64,000 nt of DNA from Octopus vulgaris (Eukaryota), in assembly GCA_951406725.2 (NCBI GenBank), contig OX597823.1, forward strand, positions 52,142,001 to 52,206,000, written 5' to 3'. Numbering within the stretch: position 1 is the stretch's first letter; the number at the start of each line of letters is the position of its first letter. Positions 53,385 to 64,000 of the stretch are shown piece after piece. Position numbers and translations under genes: made by a program. The notes under the pieces were generated by a model. The model did no database searches. It worked only from the letters and a program-made list of their open reading frames with translations, and was not told where the DNA came from.

Positions 53385-53450
53385 TATAAGATATCAATGA
53401 TAAATTCACTCCTCAGAAGAGCATTTATATTCTTGTCTGCAAAAAATGCA
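53385..53450 (-). CDS. Candidate 66-nt exon
   Basis: Strong acceptor TATTTCCTTTTCTAG, weak donor ATA|GTAACT. Reads AFFADKNINALLRSEFIIDIL, phase 2 to 2. Confidence 0.3.
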
Positions 53451-53680
53451 CTAGAAAAGGAAATACATAGAATTAAACATACATCAATTAACAATGGATA
53501 TTCTAGAAGATGAAGCTATAAAAAAATACAGAAATGAATTTGTTAGAGAATCCTTGTTTTGGCATGCTAAAATAGCGGAAATAATACTGCAGTATTATTT
53601 CTGGTATTTTAGTGCGACAAAACAAGGACTTTTGAAAAATAACCACTAGTGTAATAAGTAGAACTATATACATGTCCAAC

Positions 53681-53744
53681 CTCATGCAGACGTCCCATGT
53701 ATAGTTCTGCAAATTATATTTGTAATGACGATCATACTGAAGAT
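53681..53744 (-). CDS. Candidate 64-nt exon
   Basis: TTTGTCCCTAG acceptor, GAG|GTTGGA donor. Reads (D)LQYDRHYKYNLQNYTWDVCM, phase 1 to 2. Confidence 0.45.
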
Positions 53745-54182
53745 CTAGGGACAAATTGCATAAGTAAAATTACGTAACTGTTGATAGTGAAACTTGTTTA
53801 TGGTTAATCTATATTTTTTGTTACTTTTCATTTGTCTTTCTTGCTTATGTTCTGGTGTTTGCTAAATTTTCTTCAGAACATTTCTTAGTGGTAAGACCAT
53901 AGTGGATCTACTTCTAGCATAAGGGTTGTCCACACAGTGGTCATCCCTCTCCTATGTATGTAATACAATGTTCTGAACCTTCAGATTTTAATATGCTTGA
54001 CCACTGGTTTTAAATTGATGTTAATCAAATTAATATCCAATTTTTCAATCCTCACTTTAAATTTATATATATATATATATTTATATAATATAATATATAA
54101 ATTTGAGATAAAACCACTATTATGCAACACAAACAGTGATAAATATATATATATACATGTATATATAAATATATATATATAT

Positions 54183-54239
<57 letters not shown>

Positions 54240-55465
54240 TATAAATTTTCTGTCTTGCTAATTTACAATATTAGGAGGAATATAGACAGAAAAAAATCTA
54301 TCTTACGGAAGGATGGAAATGTGAAAGTTAAGCTCTACTAGGTGAGGTGGAGTGAAAATTGACCTTAAGTATGTGAAAGAGGGAGGAATGAAAAAGCAAA
54401 TGAGGAAACAATGAATAGAAGATATAGAGAGAATAATGGAAAGGAAGAAAATAAAAAAAGAAAAGCAGGACAGAAAATCTCACACTAACACTCACTAATA
54501 CACGTCGTTTTCATTTATTGTCATACACATCCTTAACCATTATTCTGATTTTTATTTCTGGATTACATTCATATTCTACATGGTTACTGGTTTGTTTCTC
54601 TTATCTCTCTCTGTCTCTCTCTCTCTCTCTCTCCCTCTCTTGTTCATTCACTTGTTCTTGCTCCCTTTCTCTCACTATTTTTACCTTTCATGCCACCTGC
54701 TCCAGCAGATCTTCACCATTCTTTCCTGTCTTCCTTTTTGTCTTCCTAGCTTGACATTGACCACATGCATCCAATATTTCTCCCTATTCTTTTCATATTT
54801 AGACAAAAGTCTTTTTCTGATTTCCTTCTATGCTAGCATTCTCCTCATTTGTCTCTATCTTAAGTCAAAAGACACACATCTTTGTTATTACTCTTTATCT
54901 GTTTGCTTTATGTTTTTCTGCACCAATCACATGTCTCCAGCTAATATTTCCAGTCATAAGACTTCGTTTATTTTGCTTTTCCCTGTCATTTTCCAGACAA
55001 GTGATACCAACATCTTCAGAGCACTAAAATCACAATGACTCCACGAGACATTGGTTATGAAATGGATTTATCCATGTCTGTTTTTCTGTCCTTTCCATTA
55101 ATTATCATGCACAGCATTTTTAACCATGATTTTAATTTTCCTTACTAGCAAACTCAGTCATATCTTTTCATTGTAACAAATTGTTCTCAAGGTGACTAAC
55201 ATTATCTTTCTCCCACTCTGTCTTTCCAGCTTGTCTTCCTAAAGCTTACACACACTCTCTCTCTCTCTTTCATGGTACATACTCTTGCTGGAACTACCAA
55301 CCTTTTCTATTGTCCTTTTATCTCACAAGCCTCATACTGACAACACACATCCAATATTTCTCTCTATAGTCATGACCAAATCTTTGTAGCATTTTTTTAA
55401 AAATTAAAATTTTTATCCCCAAATACAATTCAATTCAAATATATACAACATAGAAATATACTCAC

Positions 55466-55535
55466 CTAATACCTGATCAAAGGGTTCAATATCTTCTGAT
55501 TGAACCATTGGATCAGTTATTATGTAATTATATCT
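55466..55535 (-). CDS. Candidate 70-nt exon
   Basis: TTCAATGTAG acceptor, AG|GTGAGT donor. Reads RYNYIITDPMVQSEDIEPFDQVL, ends in phase 1. Confidence 0.5.
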
Positions 55536-55639
55536 CTACATTGAACATAACAATTTTAATTTTCAAAAAAATGTTCCAAACTTTTGGCTACGACTGTCTT
55601 CCAGTTTTGTGTAGACAAGGTTTTTCTCCTTTTCTTCTA

Positions 55640-56030
55640 TGTCAGCCTCTTCTCTGAATGATCTTTGTGGTGCTTTGATCCTCATTATGTCTTGCTTTTT
55701 GTAGGGGGACCACAGTGGGTAGCAGTATTCAAGGTGGGGTCCTAGCGAATGTGGTGAAGAGAAGGATGATGGTTTCATGATCCCTACATTAGAAAGTTCT
55801 GAGGATCCATGAGCACATTCTGTGGGCTACATCGACCTTTTTTGTTGATATGCTCACTCCAGTTAAGGTTGCTGTTGACAGTTACTCCTAAGTCTCTGAT
55901 ATTATCCAACGGTTCAAGTAGGTCTCCCAACAGTAGTGTATACGGTTGCTTGAAAGTGCCTTCTTTTCTAAAGTGGAGGAGCTCAAATTTTTCTTCATTC
56001 AACTGCATATTGTTCAACTGATACTTTTGA
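55640..56030 (-). pseudogene. CR1-like LINE RT C-terminal remnant
   Basis: NNMQLNEEKF...RDLGVTVNSNLNWSEHI and PHLEYCYPLWSPYKKQDI...QRSF. Confidence 0.85.
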
Positions 56031-56269
56031 AAATTCAACTACAATCCATCCAGCTGGCTTATAAGCAGTTTATATCAACCTAAATTCACCGACAAGGTAA
56101 GGGTCAACCTGAGGTTTTAGAAAATGATATCCACCCCAGTTGCTATGCAATAGAATTAAACCTGGAACCTTGTGGTCTCTGTGTGCTTATATGAAATACA
56201 CAGACCTATTTATCTATTTTACTGTCTGCATATCTCTCTATGTATATATCTATCTGACTGACTGTGTGC

Positions 56270-56323
<54 letters not shown>

Positions 56324-56389
56324 TTCTATCTATCTATTTGTCTCTCTGTCTATCTATCTGCCAGTTTGTCTGTCTGTATGTGTACATAG

Positions 56390-56439
56390 CAAAAACTGTC
56401 TGATGAACGGCAACGAGAAACTCAGAGTAACAGATTTTG
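56390..56439 (+). ncRNA. Minimal type I HHR
   Basis: CTGT-CTGATGA-aCG(gcaa)CGa-GAAACTCAGAGTA-ACAG. AATAAA and (TA)n follow. Confidence 0.65.
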
Positions 56440-56857
56440 TTGAATTTTCTGCTGCTTTAAATAAAGTATATATATATATATCAAAGGACATACTACTATA
56501 TTTGTTCTGTAGCAGATTCGAAACTGAATTGCTGGCTAGCCATGCAGATACCACATTGAGACCATTGTTGTTTCACATGATTGGCCAATTTACTGACCAA
56601 TCACTATCAAGCCAACATATGATTTTATTTTCGAGAACTTTCTAATTGAGCCTTATATAAAGGTGGGGTTTTGACCACAACTTCAGAATGTCAAGATAGT
56701 TGTTGTAATGATTCCATTCCCATTTCCCACTCACCAGCCATGCAGATAGAAGGTACATATTTTTTCATCATGAATTTAACATGACTATTTCCCCACTTGT
56801 GATACATAACAGCAAGTTAGTCGTAAAACCAAGTAGTATGTCTGTCTTGGTGTGTAA

Positions 56858-57128
56858 AAAATTGTCGCTTTTATTTTTTCCAACAACCAACACAGAAAAC
56901 ATGATATTTTGTAAATAAAGCTTCTGCTTATTGTTTGTGAGTATTCCTAATTATTTTACGTACAGCTCTAAGAAAACGTTTCATTCTCCACAAAATTGTT
57001 GCTTTTATTTTTTCAGACAAAGACCAACACAGAAAACATAATGTACAGTAAATAAAGTTTCTGTTAATTATTTTTGAGTGCTGTTAATTATTCTACACAC
57101 AGCCCTAGAAAGACATTATATTTCCACA
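56858..57128. repeat. Diverged tandem duplication of ~135 bp
   Basis: AAATTGT.GCTTTTATTTTT...CCAACACAGAAAACAT...GTAAATAAAG occurs twice. Confidence 0.8.
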
Positions 57129-57718
57129 AACAATGAACAACCACAAAAATAACCCCTATGACAATTCCTTTGAGTTCACTTTAAAGACCCTTTTCTTGAA
57201 GGTGCATCACCAGATTCTGTCAATGTGACACATCATTCTAGGTGGTTAATACCAAAAATTCCTACTTTAATGAAGCAATTTGTTGCACAAGTTGTCATTA
57301 CATTTGGGAAAAATAGATGCCATTAGTATTCAATAATCATGTGAAAAGCAGCAGAATAAGGTTTCTTCTCTATCATATCCTGAAAATTTGCTGTGAACAT
57401 TATTGATGTGGAAATATTTGCCATAGAAAATTTTGCCATAAACACGGCACACTAGCAGACAGTAAACAAAATAAATCATTTTAAAGAAATTGCCCTTCTT
57501 TAATTACTATGTTAGTTGATGAAGTTAATATTTTAAGAAAATATCTAATAATTTTTTTGCTATCTATTTATTTATTATAGCCAATTTCCTATGTTATTAA
57601 TATTTATGGTGAATGCTCCTATAACCATTAGCTACGCTCCCAAAAATGGAGTGATGTTATTCTCTTACTTCCAACACTAGTTCACACAAGCTGTGACCTC
57701 TTGAAAGTATTATTTTGG

Positions 57719-57925
57719 TACTCTTTTACTCTTTTACTCATTTCAGTCATTTGACTGCGGCCATGCTGAAGCACCACCTTTATGGAGCCCAGGACTTATT
57801 CTTTGTAAGCTTAGTACTTATTCTATCGGTCTCTTTTGCCGAACCACTAAGTTACGGGGATGTAAACACAACAGCATTGGTTGTCAAGCGATGTTGGGGG
57901 GACAAACACAGACACACAGACACAT

Positions 57926-57974
<49 letters not shown>

Positions 57975-58281
57975 TAAATTAGAGTTGTTTAAAACTCGCC
58001 AAGAAAAATTTTGAAACCACCTGATGAATGACTGCGACTCAAAAATTTAAAGACAGCAGGCAGGAAACGATCGTAGTGGTTATTAATTATATTTTTTAAT
58101 AATTGTTACATATTTAAATAATATAAATTAATCATATGTATTGGCTTAAGTCTTTCATTGTTTGATTTGCCTAATAGTTTTGTCTCTAATTTAATATAAT
58201 ATAATATTTTACTATAAAATTGGATTCAATCCTAAATCTTGATTTTTCCCTGTAAGTTTGGATTTATTCCCTAATATTTAT

Positions 58282-58324
<43 letters not shown>

Positions 58325-58490
58325 TATGACGGGCTTCTTTCAGTTTCTGTCTACCAAATCCACTCACAAGACTTTGGTCTGCCCGAGGCTATAGTAGAAG
58401 ACACTTGCACAAGGTGCCATGCAGTGGGACTGAACCCGGAACCATGTGGTTCGTAAGCAAGCTACTTACCACAACAGCCACTCCTGCACC
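57719..58490 (-). mobile_element. SINE family A split by a PLE-like insertion (57970-58287) in its internal (TA)n
   Basis: SINE halves at 57719-57940 and 58325-58490 join colinearly. Confidence 0.85.
58015..58081 (+). ncRNA. Minimal type I HHR
   Basis: AACCAC-CTGATGA-aTGaCTGC...GCAGgCAg-GAAACGATCGTA-GTGGTT. Perfect 6-bp stem I, palindromic ACGATCGT. Confidence 0.75.
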
Positions 58491-58749
58491 TTTAAAAGGC
58501 TAATACAACTCAACCACTAATGCATGCATGGATGAAGAGAGAAAAACAGAAAAATGATCATTGTATATATTTGATGGGAAACTTATTCACTGCAACTAAT
58601 AGCATGATAGCAGATTTTTTCCTTTAGTTTTTGCAAACACAGAAAATTTTAGACAAGAAATGACATTTAAGCAAACTAACACAGCTATAAGCAAAAGCAG
58701 CTGCAATGTATTTGAGACACAAAATAAAACTATTACAAAAATATGAATG

Positions 58750-58973
58750 TTTTACTCTTCAGCATTCAGGTTATTCTTTCAAATGTTTATTTATTCCCTT
58801 TGTTTTGAATTAATCATGCATTATCTTGTACCTTCAAGATTTTGATAATGTGATTGTTTAGTTTTAGAATGACATTGTAGGGTAAGTGTGAGAAGCTGAA
58901 TCTAGCCAGTTCAAACATAAAATAAGGTAGAGTATTTGGGCCGGATATGGCCTATTTCAATGTTAAAGGGTTG
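58750..58973. mobile_element. piggyBac-like MITE
   Basis: Homologous to 35797-36023, ends AATGTTAAAGGGTTGA. Confidence 0.65.
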
Positions 58974-59761
58974 AAGGAAAACAACAAGAGTGCTACCAGC
59001 AATAGGTATTCCTCTTATTACTAGTAGTGTGGACCAAAGTGAAATATCAGATAAGTGTTGTTTTTTATGTGCATTTGTTTCCATGCTTAACAAGACTTAT
59101 TGAGCCATTCAAGAATTTGGACCTGGAGATCTCCATTTCCAGCAACTTCGAGGGCCACCTCCCAGTGGTGTCGGGCGTTAATGAAGAGCCCTCGACTACA
59201 ACAAGACAACCAAAGTTGGGGTTTTTTCCCAAGGTCTGGGGTTTCCTGCTCCTAAGCCTTAGGCCATCACCTAATCCCCCTTACCCATCTTGTTGCTTAA
59301 AAACAAAAGCAAAAGATTTATTGAAGTGAGATTCCCTGCATGATTCCAATTCTTGGTGGATTTTCAAGTAAGGGACTTTATTGCATGTCTTCATAGTTAG
59401 ACCACTGATAGAGATGGATGCTTTGCTTACACAAGACATGAAGTTGTGTTGAGTGAAGAAATGTCGATAGAGACACATGCACACACACACACATATATAT
59501 ATATACATATTCACATGTCGGTACATTTGTGTGTGTGTGTGTATGTGTGTGTAAACATGGATCCGAATAGTTTCCGTCAAGGAATTTCACTTGCAAGTCA
59601 TCGGAAAGCCCAAGCTTATAGTAGGAGGACAGGAAGCCACAGGATTGAACCTAAGACTAAAGTGAATGCAGTGTCAGCTTCTTAACAATCACACACACAC
59701 ACACACACACACATGTTGTACAGATAGCTAGATAGATAGATAAATAGATAAATAGATGGGA

Positions 59762-59858
<97 letters not shown>

Positions 59859-60825
59859 CAGATTCATTAGAAAGTGAGATACACACAGACAGACAAACAG
59901 AACAAGAGGAAGATAGTAAGAGAAACAAAGAAAGATGAGGACTGATGAGAAGATGAACTATCATGTATTTCTAGAAGAACCATATTTCTATTGATATAAA
60001 GACAATGTGCAGATATTGAGATTAAACAGCAGCAAAGAATGCTACATTTGATGCTGTGACCTTATGATACATGAGAATCAAGTTCAGATTTTCACTAATC
60101 CACTGAGTCACAATAAAACTATAGGAGATAATATATATTTCAACAGATATTCCCAACTAATGTATAACGTTTAACCTAACAATTATATTAAAGTCATGTA
60201 AATGGAAACCTTAGAAATATAATACTATTTATTTCAATGACATTCAAAAGACCTATAAGCGTTAGGCAAACAATGAGGATATGTTGTTATGTAGATGTCA
60301 GCATGGCCTGATGATGTCATCGAGTGTCTAAGTTACTAGAAATATGTATTACAGACGTATTACGTACTAAATTCCATGCTTAAATGCTAGTATTACGTAA
60401 TACGAACATGTGAGTGTGTACAATCCTCTTATGCATAAGTACTGGTACAGGGCATGACTGAATGGTTAAAAAGATCGTTTCAAAAGCATGACATTCCAGT
60501 TTTGATACTACACAATGCTGCAGCTAAGACAATATAGCCCCAGGTCATCCAAAGACTTGCAGGAGAACTTTATTAAATGGATATTATTTGGAAGCTTGTT
60601 GAATAACTCAACTGATCTTCAAATATGCCATATTCTTTCAGGTAGCTAAATTCTAAAGAGATTATGAGCAAAATTCTTTAACAATTTAGAATTGGATCAA
60701 GTCATCCTCATAATTTTTACAATATGAAATAGACAAGAGAGAAATCTTTTCAAACCTTACATCATATATAACAAATGACCCAAACTTAGTAGCTCTAAAT
60801 ATCTATATCTATATCTAAATCTATC

Positions 60826-60902
<77 letters not shown>

Positions 60903-61544
60903 ATTTCTTTATTGCCCACAAGGGGCTAAACATAGACTGACAGTTTCAAATTCAGTTTCAAATTTTGGCACATGGCAGCTGTTTGGGGGAGGAGTAAGTT
61001 GAATTCAGCAACCCCTGTGCTCATCTGGTAATTGTTTCTTCACCCCCAAAAGGATGAAAGGCAAAATCGACCTTGGTGGAATTTGAACTCAGAATGTAAA
61101 AAATCTAATTTAATATATTAATTATCATTTCTGGAGAAATTGGCTTTCTTTGTCATTCGAAGTATTTAAGAAACAACACAGTAGTTCATGTAAAAATGAT
61201 GTCTTCCACAGGAGTAGTTTATTTTGTTACCGAAAATCATTTACAATGACACTCATTTAAGTTGGCATTTTGTTGCTGAAAATGGATAAACAGTCAACTT
61301 GCATTTTCAAAAAAATCCCTCATTGATTTTCATTTATTTTAACACCTCATAAATTGCTTTGCCTATCTATATTCACTTTTGACACAAAAATTATGAATGA
61401 AAGCTATGAGCTCATCTTCAATTAAACATATGTATGTAAATAGAATAGGATTATTGCATTAAGTAGAGAACATTTCATTTTCATCAGAATTCCCCATTTT
61501 TGTACTCTCATCTTTTATACTCATTATCTTTCGTTCTTTTAATA

Positions 61545-61942
61545 TTTCTTTATTGCCCACAAGGACCTAAACATAGAGGAGACAAACAAGGACAGACAAA
61601 GGGATTAAGTCAATTACATCGACCCCAGTGCGTAACTAGTAATTAATTTATTGACCCTGAAAGGATGAAAGGCAAAGTCGACCTCAGCGGAATTTGAACT
61701 CAGAGCGTAACGGCAGACGAAATACCTGTTTCTTTACAACTCACAAGGGGCTAAACACAGAGAGGACAAACAAGGACAGACAAATGGATTAAGTCGATTA
61801 TATCTGGTACGAATTTAATCGACCCTGAAAGGATGAAAGGCAAAGTCGACCTCACCGGAATTTGAACTCAGAACGAAGCAGCTGACGAAATACCGCTAAG
61901 CATTTTGCCCAGCGTGCTAATGCTTCTGCCAGCTCACTACCT
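61545..61942 (-). mobile_element. SINE family C, two tandem units
   Basis: Units at about 61545-61726 and 61729-61941 share body and tail. Confidence 0.8.
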
Positions 61943-61964
61943 TTCTTTCTTTCATTCTTTTAAG

Positions 61965-62178
61965 GCCACAAACTGGTAGAATCATCACTGTGCTGGGCAA
62001 AAGGCTTAGCAGCATTTCATCTATCTTTATGCTCTGAATTCAAATTCTGCTGAGGTCAACTTCGCTTTTCGTCCCTTCAGGCTTGATAGAAAAAAAAGTA
62101 CCAGTCATTTACAGGGCTCAATGCAATTGACTTATCCCCACCCCAAAATAGCTGGCCTGGTCCCAAAATTTGAAATCA
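61965..62178 (+). mobile_element. SINE family C
   Basis: Head-to-head with the preceding copy. Confidence 0.75.
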
Positions 62179-62482
62179 TTATCTTTTATTCTTTTCCCTA
62201 CATCATACATATCATTAAAAAAAAAAAAACTTTTCACTTTCCATGCATTTACTTTGGCACTATATTTTTATATTCCAAGATGATATTTTAGCAACAAGTT
62301 TTGTACGCACGAAAAAAATAAACCACAAAACATATTTCAAATTATATGTTGTATTTAGAAGATAAAAAGCACTGGTGTAGCTAGAATGTGTGCCACCATG
62401 GGCAGCCTTTGAATCTGGTGACCCTTTGCTCCTCATACAGACTTATACAGTAGACCAAAAGGTGCCACCTGGGGAAGCAATT

Positions 62483-62539
<57 letters not shown>

Positions 62540-64000
62540 GTCTGTCTGTCTGTCTGTCTGCCTGTCTGTCTGTCTGTCTGTCTATCTATGCATGTGTGTG
62601 TGTATATATGTATATGAATGTATGTATCCTCTGCTTATTGGTTACTTTCCCCTACCCCTGAACCATTTCCATTTCTTGTTATCTTAGTTTTTGATACAAT
62701 GGTTGGCAGCGGGGTTAATATTTGCCAGTTTGAAAACCACTATTCCATTTAACACGATAAAAAATTAAAATGGCCAAGAAGCTAAAGAAATGCTAATTAG
62801 CTTCTGCGGCAATAGAATTGTTACTGGCATTGAAAACAACAAATACGGTTTGAGGGATGATTCTGAAAAGTCTTCAGTCAAAATGTCATATATTACAAAT
62901 TGCTTTCATTGGCAATAAAATCTATCTGCAAATCTACTAATAGCAGTACAGCCTGAGAGTAGGGTTCTGATTTATGCTACAGTAGTAAAATACAACTTGT
63001 TGTTTATCTGATGAAATACTAAGTCTTTACATAGCCAGTACTAAGTGCCAGCAAACATAATCCATTAGACAAGGAAATAAATGAGAAGCCTAGGATACAG
63101 TGACAAAATAGTTTTCTGCTAAAACATCTCTTGCATTGATAAGCATCTGTTGGACAAATGTGAGCTTCAGATTTATCATGTCTGACATTGTTTTATTGGC
63201 AGCTCTGCTTAACTGATTGTCTCTATCATGTTAGATGAGTTGTGACCTGCTTTCAGTTGACACATGACATGATAAAAACAGTGAATATTAACTGTTACTC
63301 AAGCTTTGCATTGTAAAGCAACAAAGGAATTATAAACAGCGCTGACAACTTCTCTTTTCTCACACTGCCGATATCTAACAGTGTTCTTTAGAAACAAATT
63401 GATAAACTGACAGAAAAGTTCCTACTAGATCGTCCAACCATTTATCATGAGTCTAAATAAAATGACATTGACAATATATAAGGATTATTTTTCTCAGAAA
63501 GAGATGCATTACATGTTATAGCGAGAGATGAAGCTTATTACATGATTACCGTAAAGAAGATTTAGAGTAGTGATATTACTTTTTAAGTGGTATTACATGG
63601 AAAGGGTTGAGTGTACAACCTTTTGGACCATAGAAGCAAGGGTAGATTCAATTATTGATCTCTGACTTGAAATGTAATAAGCCAAGACTTGCTATGAATG
63701 TTACTTCATGTAAATGTATGTTGAGAGGAATAAATCATGAAGAAAACAACAACTGCCACATCTAAAACATTCTGTCAAAGTGAATTAAACATAAAAATAA
63801 TGGTGCAAACATCTGATGGATTTTAAGTCAGTTACTTTTACATGAGTTAAACTATAAATACAGAGTATTTTGTTTTATAATAAATATTAAATTAAGGGAA
63901 ATGATACACTGTAGCAGATAGATTTAGTGCCTAACATTGTATTTTTGTTCCAATGTTTGTGACAAGCACTATAAATCAGTAGCTCTCTGACAAATTGAAC

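Noticed and set aside
53995-54052. Minus-strand TTGAAAA-stem-AAAC-CAGTG-GTC variant HHR candidate
   Set aside because: GAAA is altered and stem I does not pair. At most a decayed relative.
60610-60794. Further upstream exon candidates (FSYLKEYGIFED; ATKFGSFVIYD)
   Set aside because: Each has one weak splice site, so support is insufficient.

Overview
AT-rich, microsatellite-saturated eukaryotic DNA. The repeat families suggest an octopus or other coleoid cephalopod genome (inference from the SINE sequences, not verified). Most ORFs in the supplied track are artefacts of (TA)n/(TG)n/(TATG)n tracts. The window is a mosaic of three tRNA-derived SINE families (A, B, C here), decayed LINEs (RTE, CR1-like, R4/Dong-like), Tc1/mariner, Tigger, hAT-like and piggyBac-like remnants, plus a few candidate small exons of an unidentified minus-strand host gene. 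The main signal not explained by the ORF track is a set of minimal type I hammerhead ribozyme (HHR) motifs in short non-coding Penelope-like (PLE) insertions, often in or beside (TA)n tracts. Five have the canonical CUGANGA core. Two unrelated long palindromes (220-bp and ~157-bp arms) each carry a divergent HHR pair with the variant core UUGAAAA, a compensatory C3-G8 to U3-A8 swap. All coordinates were read by eye and repeat boundaries are approximate.
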